Of a stretch of 64,000 nucleotides of DNA, positions 51,138 to 61,189 are shown piece after piece. Position 1 is the first letter of the stretch. Each line of letters starts with the position of its first letter. The notes under the pieces were generated by a model, which ran no database searches, was not told the origin of the DNA, and saw only the letters and a program-made list of their open reading frames with translations. The translations under genes and the position numbers were made by a program. Location: assembly GCA_900546565.1 (NCBI GenBank), contig URDC01000001.1:83796-147795 (forward strand), written 5' to 3'. Source of the stretch: an uncultured Opitutales bacterium (GTDB lineage Bacteria > Verrucomicrobiota > Verrucomicrobiia > Opitutales > Intestinicryptomonadaceae).

Positions 51138-51944
51138 ATGGAAACTTCCGCAACATACCGCATAGAGCAAAATTTCGGAGACTTTAAAATGCCCGTCGTT
51201 ATTTTCGACGAGTGCCAAAGCACAAATTCCGAGGCTGCCGACTTGTTGCGTAAAAATGTCCTGCCCGCGCCGTTTGTGGTCGTCGCAAAACGCCAGACAA
51301 GGGGCAGGGGCAGATTGGGGCGCAACTGGTTTTCGCGCGAGGGCGCATCGATATGTATGTCGGTCTGCGCCGATTTCGAGGGACTTGCGGCGGACATCAT
51401 AGAGTCCGCAACGGTTCGTGCGGGTATCGCAGTTTGCGCGGCATTGTCGGAACTTTGCGGAAATAAACTGCTTTTAAAGTGGCCCAACGATATTTATTCA
51501 CCGCGCGGCGAAAAAATTTCGGGTATGCTCGCCGAACTCGTCCAAGTCGAAAAATCCTATAAAATCGTATTCGGTATCGGCATAAATTATGATTTATCCG
51601 ATTGTTGCGCCGAAGCGCAAACGGGCTTGACCGTTCCAGCCTCCGACTTGCGCACCCAATTTAACCCACTTAAAAACGGACATTTTCCGACAATAACAAC
51701 CGCTGCTGCAACTGTCGCAAATTCCGCCTTTAAAGAACTTTGTTCTCGCAATTTAAGCAGCATTGCCGATTTCGAAAAATACGACTTTTTGCGCAATAAA
51801 ACCGTAAACATTTCAATCGGAAATTCGCAGTTTTCGGGCGTCGCTTGCGGCGTCAACCCAAAGGGAAACCTGCTCGTCCGCCTTGGCAACGGCACAATAA
51901 AAACCGTCAATAGCGGCGAGGCGACTTTGCATAACATTGGGTGA
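51138..51944 (+). CDS. birA: biotin--[acetyl-CoA-carboxylase] ligase (group I, no HTH domain)
   Basis: 268 aa with the GRGRLGRNW and KWPND motifs. Confidence 0.85.
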   Translation: METSATYRIEQNFGDFKMPVVIFDECQSTNSEAADLLRKNVLPAPFVVVAKRQTRGRGRLGRNWFSREGASICMSVCADFEGLAADIIESATVRAGIAVCAALSELCGNKLLLKWPNDIYSPRGEKISGMLAELVQVEKSYKIVFGIGINYDLSDCCAEAQTGLTVPASDLRTQFNPLKNGHFPTITTAAATVANSAFKELCSRNLSSIADFEKYDFLRNKTVNISIGNSQFSGVACGVNPKGNLLVRLGNGTIKTVNSGEATLHNIG

Positions 51945-52071
51945 CTTCATAAAAAACAGGGCGATTTTTTGCTGCCTTTTGACGTAAAAATTAAGTGTTT
52001 TTTTACACTTATTTAGAGACTGAAATCTTTTTTATTGACAAAATTTGCAAGAATTTTAAGCTGAAAACTCT

Positions 52072-53592
52072 ATGAAACCGTTTATATATGTATGGACAAT
52101 ATTGGGATTGTTGGCGTCGGTTGCCGTTGCCAACGCCGAAACAAAACTCATAACATATCCCGCGCCTCAGTCGGAAAAAGTCTTTGCCAGCACTTACGAA
52201 GTGAGTGTTAACGGCAAAAAGCTGGATATTTATAAAGCGTTGTCGCCCAAGTTTATGGGTGGAGAATATTACTTCTGCTACTTCGATTTCGAGGGCGAAG
52301 TAAACGTGAAAGTCAAATCGACAGTCAAGTTTACAAAGCGCATTGGCTACACTTGCACACCCGCGCAACAGGCAGCCGCCGACAAGATTTATGTAGGCGA
52401 GCTTTTCCCCGACATCTTTAAAAATGTCAAAAAGGAAAAGCACCAGATGTCGTTTACCGCCGATAAGCCATTCAAAGCCATAGTCATACGCACTGAGCGC
52501 GAAATGCCTCTCGTGATTTTCGGCAATCCGATTGAAAAGGACGTTCCCAAAGCCGACGACAAAAATGTTGTCTACTTCGGCCCCGGGGTTCATTATTTGG
52601 ACAGAGGCGTATCGTTGAAGCCGAATCAGACGCTTTATATTGCTGGTGGTGCGGTTGTTAAGGGTAGCGTTTCCACAAGCGGCGACAACATTACCGTTCG
52701 CGGGCGCGGTATAATTTCAATCGATAACAGAGCGCGTTATTCGAGCGGTTGTGTCAATTTCAACAACGGCAAAAACCTTAAAATTGAGGGAGTTATAATT
52801 AAAGACCCCACAAGCTGGACGCTCGTTTTCCGCAACTGCGAAAATGTTGTCATTGACAATGTTAAAATCTGCGCGGGCAGAATGATTAACGACGACGCCA
52901 TTGACATTTGCAACACTTCGAATGTAACAATCACCGACACTTTTGCGCGCGCCGAAGACGATATTATTGCAATTAAGGGGATTTACAAAAGCGGAAAGCG
53001 TCTTGGGCTCAAACTTAACGCGGATTTGGAAAGCCGTAACAACAACTTGCCCTGCAATAACATAGTAATTGATAACTGCATTTTCTGGACTGATTCCGCG
53101 AACACGTTCCGCATTGGTTACGAATGTTACGCGCCCGAATTCAAGGGCTTGAAATGCACGAATTTGTATGTGCCGTTTTACTCCGACCGCCCGTCGAAGT
53201 TTGAAGACTACTGGGTTAGAGCGGTTTTCCTCTTGCAGCCTGTCGAGGGTATGACGATTTCGGATATGCATTTTGAAAATGTAGTTGTGCGTTCCAACGG
53301 CTCGGACAAGCACCTGATTTTCGCCGAACCCCGCATTCTCGCTTATGGCGCGGTTCGCGAAAAGGGCGCGGCAGGCGAATACGGTAAAATCGAAAACTGC
53401 TCTTTCAAGAACATCAAAGTTGTCGGCAAAAAAGGCTCTTTCAAGGGCGCGATTTTCGCCCGCGGCAGGGATGCCGACCACAAAGTCAAGAACATCAAGA
53501 TTGAGAACATTGAGTATTTCGGCAATCCCATTACCGAAAAATCGCCCAATGTCCACATCGGCGAATTCACCGACTCAATTTCCATCAAATAA
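52072..53592 (+). CDS. secreted right-handed beta-helix glycoside hydrolase (GH28/polygalacturonase-like)
   Basis: Signal peptide MKPFIYVWTILGLLASVAVANA. NDDAIDICNTSNVTITDTFARAEDDIIAIKG matches the GH28 NTDG-ID ... DDCIAIKSG catalytic motif pattern. Confidence 0.7.
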   Translation: MKPFIYVWTILGLLASVAVANAETKLITYPAPQSEKVFASTYEVSVNGKKLDIYKALSPKFMGGEYYFCYFDFEGEVNVKVKSTVKFTKRIGYTCTPAQQAAADKIYVGELFPDIFKNVKKEKHQMSFTADKPFKAIVIRTEREMPLVIFGNPIEKDVPKADDKNVVYFGPGVHYLDRGVSLKPNQTLYIAGGAVVKGSVSTSGDNITVRGRGIISIDNRARYSSGCVNFNNGKNLKIEGVIIKDPTSWTLVFRNCENVVIDNVKICAGRMINDDAIDICNTSNVTITDTFARAEDDIIAIKGIYKSGKRLGLKLNADLESRNNNLPCNNIVIDNCIFWTDSANTFRIGYECYAPEFKGLKCTNLYVPFYSDRPSKFEDYWVRAVFLLQPVEGMTISDMHFENVVVRSNGSDKHLIFAEPRILAYGAVREKGAAGEYGKIENCSFKNIKVVGKKGSFKGAIFARGRDADHKVKNIKIENIEYFGNPITEKSPNVHIGEFTDSISIK

Positions 53593-53599
53593 CGAAGGA

Positions 53600-54000
53600 A
53601 ACCCCTCGACGGAATACGGGGGTTTTTTATATGTTCCGAAAGAGGCGCGGGATTAGCTTTCAGCTAATTCCCCGCTTTACTTTTTTTTTGTTAAAGTTGT
53701 GTAAAAAGCTGCCATTACGGATTACGCGTTCGCAAATTGAATTGTGGCGTATATCGCAATAGCCACAAGAGAATCCATTATAAACCGCGTTTCCTCCGCT
53801 GGCGGGTTTTCGTAGCTTGGTAAGCGGCGCGGGATTAGCTTTCAGCTAATCCCCCGCTTTATTTTTTTGTTAAAGTTGTGTAAATAGCTTACCCTACGGA
53901 TTACGCGGACTCGTAATAATTTCGTGCTTCCCCTGCTGGTGGGCTTCCATAGTTTGGAAAGCGGCGGCGAATTGCCTATTGCAATCCGCCGCCGCTTTCA
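53600..54000 (+). repeat. tandemly duplicated ~185-bp units, each containing an intrinsic terminator hairpin
   Basis: GCGCGGGATTAGCtttcAGCTAATCCCCCGC + T-run occurs at 53645-53688 and 53823-53868. It is followed in both units by GTTAAAGTTGTGTAAA(A/T)AGCT...ACGGATTACGCG and a third related hairpin (53958-54000). Confidence 0.8.
53645..53688 (+). terminator. intrinsic terminator after the GH28-like gene
   Basis: Hairpin GCGGGATTAGCtttcAGCTAATTCCCCGC followed by T9. Confidence 0.65.
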
Positions 54001-54060
54001 AATTTATAAAAACCCCGCTATTGGCAGCCCGCCCGGCGGGACGGCCTTGCCCGTTTTTTT

Positions 54061-54795
54061 TTAGAAGTTTTCGTTTTCTTCGTCGTCAATGGGGCTATCG
54101 AAGTCGTCGAGGTCGTCGTCATCGATATCGTCGTCTTCTTCGTCCCACTTCATTGTATCGTCTTCGGCGAGCTCTTCTTCGGCAATATCCTCGATTTCGT
54201 CGTAATTTTCCTCTTCCTGTTTTTTCTTGGGGTCGTCTTCGTCGAGGTCGTCGAGCGAGTAGCCAGCGGGGACATATTCGAGAATGTCGAGGATTTCAAG
54301 GAAGACGTGTATTGCGCGTCCGTCCATGTAGTCGTTCGAATATTTTTCGCGGATTTGCTCTTCGAGATCCTCAATTTCGACGTCCTGCTCGAAATGGAAG
54401 GTATCGTTTAACATTTTGACCTGCATTTTTGTGATGTGGTCGAGAAATTCGGCGTAGGGGGAACGTTCTTCGTCGAGTGTATCCGGGAGTAGGAAAAGCT
54501 GCTGTTCTTCGGCTTCGAAGACACTTTCGTTGCTGCGGACGAGTTTTATGCCGTCTTTGCCGATGCGCGAATCTATGGAAAATGTGATGAAAGCTTTTTC
54601 GACGATTGAGTCGTCGAGACCGTAGGGGCGCAGGGATTCGAGCGTATCGAGAATGTATGTGGCTTGGCGGGGATCGATGACGCTGAGTCCGTCGATGTCC
54701 CAATTAACGTTGTCGCTGGTTTCTGTTACCCACCAATTCAGGTCTTTGCCGAGTCTTACTTTGCACCAGTTGAGTTTGATTGAAGTTTTTGCCAT
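54061..54795 (-). CDS. hypothetical protein with a ~90-aa poly-Asp/Glu C-terminal tail
   Basis: 244 aa. The N-terminal ~150 aa form a globular-looking domain (NWWVTETSDNVNWDIDGLSVIDP...). The tail is DDLDEDDPKKKQEEENYDEIEDIAEEELAEDD...DDDIDDDDLDDFD. No known family. Confidence 0.6.
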   Translation of the reverse strand: MAKTSIKLNWCKVRLGKDLNWWVTETSDNVNWDIDGLSVIDPRQATYILDTLESLRPYGLDDSIVEKAFITFSIDSRIGKDGIKLVRSNESVFEAEEQQLFLLPDTLDEERSPYAEFLDHITKMQVKMLNDTFHFEQDVEIEDLEEQIREKYSNDYMDGRAIHVFLEILDILEYVPAGYSLDDLDEDDPKKKQEEENYDEIEDIAEEELAEDDTMKWDEEDDDIDDDDLDDFDSPIDDEENENF

Positions 54796-54836
54796 AAATT
54801 TTTAGGAGTGTTTGTATATAAATAGCGCGGGGTTCT

Positions 54837-56777
54837 TCAAGCTTTTTTTATGCGTTGTTTTTTGCGCGAAGAGAGCAAAATTTTTACCGCGCCGGCGAGT
54901 GTGAAGGCGGCGCAAACCCACACAAACCAATCGCCGTAACGGACATAGAAGGAGGAGTCGGAGTCGAAATTTTTGTATGTGATTACGTCGACAAAGCCGC
55001 AGCCGCGGAAGTATATGGAGTTGTCGGAATCGAGCATCGGGGCGGGGCGGCGCGGAGCGAGTGTGCGGGAATCGAGCGTTTTGCCGAACTCGTTCTTTAT
55101 GACCATTGCGCGTTCGGGCCTGCCGTTTTCGGCGTTCCAAGTTTTGCCGTCGGCGGTTGAAATTGTGGTGCAGGGCAGCATTCTGCCGTATTGGTCGAAG
55201 ACGGTGCTGAGCCCGTTGTTTGAGGAGCGCAACAGGACTTTGCGTGTTGCCGCCGCCTGCAATGCCGAATGCGAGGCGTGCTGCCACGCGCCCGCCTCGC
55301 GTCCATACCAGGAATCGTTTGTGCAGACAAAGAGCATATCCGCGCCGTTTTTTGCCATTGAGCGTCCGAGTTCGGGGAAGACGTCTTCGTAGCAAATCAT
55401 CGTGCCGATTTTATAGGTTTTGCCGTTGATTTCGGCGGGGAACGGGGTGTCGGTGTCGCCGCGTTTCATATTACCGACGGGGACAACTTTGCCGAGGAAC
55501 GAGAACGGGGCTGGGACGTATTCTCCGAAGGGGACGAGGTGTTTTTTTGCGTAGCCGTGCGGCGCGAAACCCGATTTTTCGGATACGAAGAATGCGCCGT
55601 TTTGGGCGGTGTCGGTTTGGGTATCGTATGTTAGTGCGCCGATTAGAAGCGGGGTGTTGGCGCGGCGGGCGGCGTCTTCAATCCACGCCTTCATTTGCGG
55701 GAAATTGACGGGGTAGCGCGGCGGTGTAGCCGCCTCGGGCCACAGGATTACGTCGGTGTCGTTTTTGGAGAGTTCTTGTGTGAGGGCGGAGATTGTTTGG
55801 AGATTTTGGGTGGCGAGGGCGTCGTTCCACTTCAATATTCCCGCAAAGTCGGTTTGCACCAGCCCCGCGCGGAACTCGGTGCGTTCGTTTTCGGCGCGAG
55901 GGAGATTGGCGATGTATGTCCAGACACCCGAAAGTATCAGCAGAAGCGCGACGTAAAACTCGGGCGTGAAGCGGTTCTGCTTTGCGGCGTTTTGCGCGGC
56001 AAACTTGGCGCGTTGGAGTTTGTAGAGGCGGCAGACATATTCGGCGGTCGCCAGATTGAAAAATATCAGCGAGAATGAAACAAACCATACCCCGCCCCAG
56101 CTCGCGCTCTGGATTACGGCTGTGCGCGTCCACTGCGAATTCGCCAGCAAAAGCCATGGGAAGCCCGTCATTATCCAGCTTCTGAGCCACTCTAAAAGCG
56201 TCCACACGCTCGCGATTGCAAGGTAGTTGACGAGGCGCGAAAGGGCGTCTTCGTCGGAGCGCGGCAGCATTTTCGGCAGTAGCGCGAACCACGGGAATAT
56301 GAACCCCGCGCTGATTATCAGCGGCAGAACCGCAACCGCCGCGTAGCCTGCCGGCGGGTAGACGTGGCGCAGCCAAGCCAGAATCCAGACCCACGCCGCG
56401 TATGTGCCGACGAATGCCGAAATCAGGTAAACGCGTTTGATAGGCGATTTTTTGCGGGGCTGTGCGGAATGGGCGGGTGCATGCTGAAAAGTTGTCGCGC
56501 AGGGGGTGGAAGCGGTGTCTATATTTGCGCAAGGAGCTTTGAGCGTTGCGGCGGAAAGTGGCGTTTTGGCGAAGTCGGGGCGCGGTCGGCGCGCGGGATC
56601 GGGCTGTTTTCGTGTTTCGACAAACAAAAGTTTACACGCGACGACTGCGGGAATTGCGAAGACGTATGCGAACTCGGCGACGCCGTAAGGCTCGAATGCC
56701 GCGGCGTAGAGCGCACACGAAACGGCGACGGACACCGCCGCCGCCGCGCATTTAAGCTTTGTGGAGTCTATCGCCAT
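54837..56777 (-). CDS. lnt: apolipoprotein N-acyltransferase
   Basis: 646 aa with an N-terminal polytopic membrane domain plus a C-terminal CN-hydrolase domain (WPEAA..., TMICYEDVFPE). Confidence 0.85.
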   Translation of the reverse strand: MAIDSTKLKCAAAAVSVAVSCALYAAAFEPYGVAEFAYVFAIPAVVACKLLFVETRKQPDPARRPRPDFAKTPLSAATLKAPCANIDTASTPCATTFQHAPAHSAQPRKKSPIKRVYLISAFVGTYAAWVWILAWLRHVYPPAGYAAVAVLPLIISAGFIFPWFALLPKMLPRSDEDALSRLVNYLAIASVWTLLEWLRSWIMTGFPWLLLANSQWTRTAVIQSASWGGVWFVSFSLIFFNLATAEYVCRLYKLQRAKFAAQNAAKQNRFTPEFYVALLLILSGVWTYIANLPRAENERTEFRAGLVQTDFAGILKWNDALATQNLQTISALTQELSKNDTDVILWPEAATPPRYPVNFPQMKAWIEDAARRANTPLLIGALTYDTQTDTAQNGAFFVSEKSGFAPHGYAKKHLVPFGEYVPAPFSFLGKVVPVGNMKRGDTDTPFPAEINGKTYKIGTMICYEDVFPELGRSMAKNGADMLFVCTNDSWYGREAGAWQHASHSALQAAATRKVLLRSSNNGLSTVFDQYGRMLPCTTISTADGKTWNAENGRPERAMVIKNEFGKTLDSRTLAPRRPAPMLDSDNSIYFRGCGFVDVITYKNFDSDSSFYVRYGDWFVWVCAAFTLAGAVKILLSSRKKQRIKKA

Positions 56778-56797
56778 TTACCGAGTCCGAGCGGGGT

Positions 56798-59776
56798 TTA
56801 CCATTTTTCGAGCTTCCAGCCTTCGTCCCTGATGAGGGATTCCGCCTTCTTGAATTTGAGCTCGCGGGTTTCGCCGTTTTTGGAGATTACGACGGTGTCG
56901 TTGCGCCCGATTTTGGGAAGCTCGATTTCGGGAATTTTAAGCTCGATTTCCTTTTCGGGCTTGGCGTCCTTGCCCGCGACGAGCGTTTTTTCGGTCTCGG
57001 GAGTGTGGGAGATCAGGCGCGTTTCCTTTGCCTGCATTTTTTCAATCATAGCCTGCAAGACCTCCAAGCTCGACGCGCTGCGGAACAATCCGATGAGAAC
57101 GTCGTTGCGGATTTTGCCGATGAGGGACTCGAAGAATTTGAACGCCTCGCTCTTGTATTCGTTGAGGGGGTCTTTTTGTCCGTAGCCGCGCAGGCCGATA
57201 CTGCGGCGGAGATCCTCCATTTCGGTGAGGTGGTCCTGCCAGTTTTTGTCGATTGAATGAAGCACGACGAACCGCTCTATTGCAACGAGCGCGTTGGGGT
57301 CTTCGACCTCTTCGCGGATTTTGTAGACCTCGCCGAGTTCGGACATAATGATATCGCGGATTTCCTCGGGCTTTTTGCCTTCGAGCTGCTCGGGGATTAT
57401 CGCCATGGGAATGCGGCTTGTAATCCAGCTGCAAAGCTGCTGCAAGTCGCCCTTTTCGGGGAAGCCCGAAGCGGGAGTGATGTTGGCTATACGCTCGTCA
57501 AGTTCGTCCATAATGAAGTCGAAGACGAGTTTGCGGGGGGTATCGGAGTAAATTGCCTCGTTGCGCAAGCCGTAGATGATTTCGCGCTGTTTATTGAGGA
57601 CGTCGTCGAACTGCAAGAGGCGTTTGCGCATCGAGTAGTTCTGGCTTTCGACGGTCTTTTGCGCACGCTCTATTGAGCGGTTGAGCAGCGGGTGGTCGAG
57701 CGGCGCGCCCTCCTGAAATGTGTTATTGAGGATTCGCGCGAGAGGCCCGCTGCCGAAGATTCGCAGGAGGTCGTCTTCGAGCGAGACGAGGAATTTGGAA
57801 AGTCCGTTATCGCCCTGACGCGCGCAGCGGCCGCGCAGCTGGCGGTCTATACGGCGCGACTCGTGGCGTTCCGTTCCCAGAACGTAGAGCCCGCCGAGTT
57901 CGTTGACGCCCTCGCCGAGTTTGATGTCGGTTCCGCGCCCCGCCATATTCGTGGCGATTGTAACCGCGCCCATTTGTCCAGCCTGCGCGACTATTTCCGC
58001 CTCCTGTTGGTGGTGTTTTGCGTTCAAAACCGTATGCGGAATGTTTTTGCGTTTGAGCATTCGGCTGAGGACTTCCGAAGCCTCGACCGACGCTGTGCCC
58101 ACAAGCACGGGCTGTCCGCGCAAATGCGCCGCCTCGATTTCGGCGATTGCGGCGTTGTATTTTTCGCGCCGCGTTTTATAGATGACGTCGTTTTTGTCGA
58201 TTCGGCGGCAGGGCTTGTTTGTGGGAATCGCCATTACGTTGAGCCCGTAGATATCGTGGAACTCCTGCGCTTCGGTTTCCGCCGTGCCCGTCATACCCGC
58301 GAGTTTTTCGTAGAGGCGGAAATAGTTTTGGATTGTGATTGTAGCGTAGGTCTTGGTTTCCTTCTCGATTTTTACGCCCTCTTTCGCCTCGACCGCCTGA
58401 TGGAGCCCTTCGCTCCAACGGCGTCCGTACATTATGCGCCCCGTGTTGGGGTCGACGATGTGCACTTTGCCGTCCTGAACGACGTATTCGATGTCCTTTT
58501 CGTAAATCGAGTAGGCGCGCAGGAGTTGGCTGAGGCAATGGATATGCTCCGAAAGCGCGATGAATTTGTCCTCCGCCGCCATTTTCTTCTGCTGCTTTTG
58601 TTGCGGCGTAAGGGCGGCATCGGCGTCGATTTCCATAAAGATTGTTGGCAGGTCGGGCAGGACGAACGCGTCGGGATTTTCGGGGTGGACGGCGTTGCGT
58701 CCGCGCTCGGTGAGGTCGCTTGTGTGCTGTTTTTCGTCGATGACGTAATAGAGCTGCTCGGTGAACTTGAAGCGGTCGACTTTGCGGAAGTCCGCAGCCA
58801 TTTCCATATCGATTTTATCGAGCTTTTTGCGCAGGTCGGCGTCTTCCATAAGCTGGCGCAGAATGCGGTTTTTGGGCGAGCCGAGTTTTACCTGCCACAT
58901 CTTGATTATTGTGGACTCGTCGACGGAGTGTGCTTCGTGCGCCTGTTTGACCTCGTTGATGAGTTTGTTGCAGAACTGGTTTTGCAGCTTGACGACTTTT
59001 TCGACGAGCGGTTTGAGCTCGTTGAAAGGCTCTTCGCGCTCTTCCTGAACGGGGCCCGAGATGATTAGCGGGGTGCGGGCTTCGTCGATGAGGATTGAGT
59101 CGACTTCGTCGACTATGCAATAGTAATGGGGGCGTTGGACTTGCGCCTCCGCGCTCGACGCCATACCGTTGTCGCGCAGGTAGTCGAAGCCGAATTCGCT
59201 CGCCGTGCCGTAGGTGATGTCGGCTTTGTATGCCTCGGCTTTTTCCGCCATATCCTGCATATTGTAAATCCACGAAACGGATATGCCAAGGAAGTTGTAG
59301 AGGTAGCCCATCCACTCGGAGTCGCGGCGGGCGAGGTATTCGTTGACTGTGACCAAGTGGCAGCCCTTGCCCGTGAGTGCGTTGAGGTAGAGGGGCAGGG
59401 TTGCGACGAGTGTTTTACCCTCGCCCGTTGCCATTTCGGCAATCATATTTTGGTGGAGTGCCATACCGCCGATTAGCTGGACATCGTAATGCACCATTTG
59501 CCACTCGATTTCGTGTCCGCAGACGGTGACCTTTTTGCCGCACAGGCGGCGGGCGGCGTTTTTGACGGTGGCGAACGCCTCGGGCAGGAGCTGGTCGAGC
59601 GTTTCGCCCTTTGCAAGGCGCGCTTTGAATTCGTCGGTCTTCGCCCGAAGCTGCTCGTCGGTCAGCGACTGGTATTGCTGTTCGAGTTCGTTGATTTTTG
59701 CGATTATCGGGCGAGCCTTTTTATAGAATTTTTTGTAATGGCTGCCTGCGAAGAGTTTTATTATTTGTGCTAACAT
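56798..59776 (-). CDS. secA: preprotein translocase ATPase SecA
   Basis: 992 aa with canonical SecA N-terminal and DEAD-motor motifs ([12 protein letters not shown]...; [10 protein letters not shown]; [10 protein letters not shown]). Confidence 0.95.
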   Translation of the reverse strand: MLAQIIKLFAGSHYKKFYKKARPIIAKINELEQQYQSLTDEQLRAKTDEFKARLAKGETLDQLLPEAFATVKNAARRLCGKKVTVCGHEIEWQMVHYDVQLIGGMALHQNMIAEMATGEGKTLVATLPLYLNALTGKGCHLVTVNEYLARRDSEWMGYLYNFLGISVSWIYNMQDMAEKAEAYKADITYGTASEFGFDYLRDNGMASSAEAQVQRPHYYCIVDEVDSILIDEARTPLIISGPVQEEREEPFNELKPLVEKVVKLQNQFCNKLINEVKQAHEAHSVDESTIIKMWQVKLGSPKNRILRQLMEDADLRKKLDKIDMEMAADFRKVDRFKFTEQLYYVIDEKQHTSDLTERGRNAVHPENPDAFVLPDLPTIFMEIDADAALTPQQKQQKKMAAEDKFIALSEHIHCLSQLLRAYSIYEKDIEYVVQDGKVHIVDPNTGRIMYGRRWSEGLHQAVEAKEGVKIEKETKTYATITIQNYFRLYEKLAGMTGTAETEAQEFHDIYGLNVMAIPTNKPCRRIDKNDVIYKTRREKYNAAIAEIEAAHLRGQPVLVGTASVEASEVLSRMLKRKNIPHTVLNAKHHQQEAEIVAQAGQMGAVTIATNMAGRGTDIKLGEGVNELGGLYVLGTERHESRRIDRQLRGRCARQGDNGLSKFLVSLEDDLLRIFGSGPLARILNNTFQEGAPLDHPLLNRSIERAQKTVESQNYSMRKRLLQFDDVLNKQREIIYGLRNEAIYSDTPRKLVFDFIMDELDERIANITPASGFPEKGDLQQLCSWITSRIPMAIIPEQLEGKKPEEIRDIIMSELGEVYKIREEVEDPNALVAIERFVVLHSIDKNWQDHLTEMEDLRRSIGLRGYGQKDPLNEYKSEAFKFFESLIGKIRNDVLIGLFRSASSLEVLQAMIEKMQAKETRLISHTPETEKTLVAGKDAKPEKEIELKIPEIELPKIGRNDTVVISKNGETRELKFKKAESLIRDEGWKLEKW

Positions 59777-59913
59777 TTTTTGCTTTCTTTAAATTTTTTG
59801 TTTTCGGTTTGTTGCGGCGTTTTTTTTTGTTTTTTATTATTTTATGCCGCGTTTATTGTATGGTTGGAGTCGGGGGCGGTTTGGTGTGTTTTACACTGCC
59901 TTAGACCGCGTTT

Positions 59914-61188
59914 TTATTTTGTGGGTCCCCAACGAGCCGAAAACGGGTAGAAAATTATCAGCGATTTCCCCACGACCGCGCGTTCGGGGACGCTGCCCCA
60001 ATAGCGGCTGTCGAGGCTGTTGGCGGAATTGTCGCCCATTGCCCAATACGATTTTTCGGGGACTGTGATTTTTGCGCCGCCCGACATCGAGCCGTCCGCG
60101 ACGTATCCGCAATATCCGCCCTCCTTTTTTGCGTTCTTTTCGAATGCGGGCGAACCCGCTGCGGGCTTGCCGTTTCTTAGAAGTGTGGTGTTTTCGACTT
60201 GCAGGGTATCGCCGCCTTCGCCCGCGATACGCTTTATGTAATAGCGGTCGTCGGGTATGCCGCCGTTTAGGCGGGTGAGGCCGTCGCAATATTTTGTCAG
60301 GAATACGAACGGCTCGCCCACTTTCGGCTTTCGGAAATTGTATGTGAAGCGGTCGACGAATAGCATATCGCCGCCGAGCAAATCGAAGTTCAGCATTGTC
60401 TGGTTTTTGCCGAACTTGCCGAGGCGCAGGTAGAATTTATCGGCGTTGCGCACGATGTCGCCCGAATTGTATTTCGCCTTGAAATACTCGGGGAGGGTGG
60501 AGGCGTTCGGCACGGGGAACGCCTTCAAAATTACGTCGTCTATCGGAAACTCCTGAGGGAGGGTGATGTTTTGGATTTTTCCGCCCTGCAATAATGAATA
60601 TTTATGCGCCTTGGTGGGGATTATGAAAAAGTCGCGCGCGCCGACCTCCTCGAACGCGAAAAGTCCGCCGCGCGGCGTTGCGTATTCGGGGTTGTTTATT
60701 TCTATGAACAAGTCGCCGTCCGACTCGGCTTTGAGCGAATAGTTTGTTGCGGCGTTGAATATGCGCCGCAGGATTTTTTTGTAGGGCTTGGGGGCGTTTT
60801 CTTCGTCGGTGTATACCTCCGAAGTCATTCCGTAGAAGCTCGGATACATCGAGTTTGTCGGAATTTTAAACGGCTGCAAAAAGAAGCTGCGTATGCCCAA
60901 TGCCACGATTCCTGCGACTACTACCATATCGACGTAATCCGCCCACGCCGTCAGCGGGTATATTTTACCGCCGCAACGGCGCATCAGCGGTTCGAGGTTA
61001 CGCTCCAACTCGTCGTATGTCTTAGAATCGGACTTACCGTCGGCAATGAGCTCTTCTAGCTTGTCGATATAGGCGAGCATTTCGCGCCCGTCGACGTCTG
61101 CGAGGAGGTCTTTGCGGTAGTTGTAGACCTTGTAGGCTGTCGAAAGCAGGTCTTTTGCCTTCTTTTTCTGTCCCTTGAAAAATAGCAT
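59914..61188 (-). CDS. lepB: signal peptidase I (long form)
   Basis: S26 boxes: IPTNSMYPSF (Ser), YIKRIAGEGGDTL, GDNSANSLDSRYWG. Separated by 1 nt from lepA, as in the classic lepA-lepB operon. Confidence 0.85.
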   Translation of the reverse strand: MLFFKGQKKKAKDLLSTAYKVYNYRKDLLADVDGREMLAYIDKLEELIADGKSDSKTYDELERNLEPLMRRCGGKIYPLTAWADYVDMVVVAGIVALGIRSFFLQPFKIPTNSMYPSFYGMTSEVYTDEENAPKPYKKILRRIFNAATNYSLKAESDGDLFIEINNPEYATPRGGLFAFEEVGARDFFIIPTKAHKYSLLQGGKIQNITLPQEFPIDDVILKAFPVPNASTLPEYFKAKYNSGDIVRNADKFYLRLGKFGKNQTMLNFDLLGGDMLFVDRFTYNFRKPKVGEPFVFLTKYCDGLTRLNGGIPDDRYYIKRIAGEGGDTLQVENTTLLRNGKPAAGSPAFEKNAKKEGGYCGYVADGSMSGGAKITVPEKSYWAMGDNSANSLDSRYWGSVPERAVVGKSLIIFYPFSARWGPTK

Positions 61189-61189
61189 T

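Noticed and set aside
57692-59068. 458-aa plus-strand ORF inside secA
   Set aside because: Antisense to canonical SecA, with no recognisable domains.
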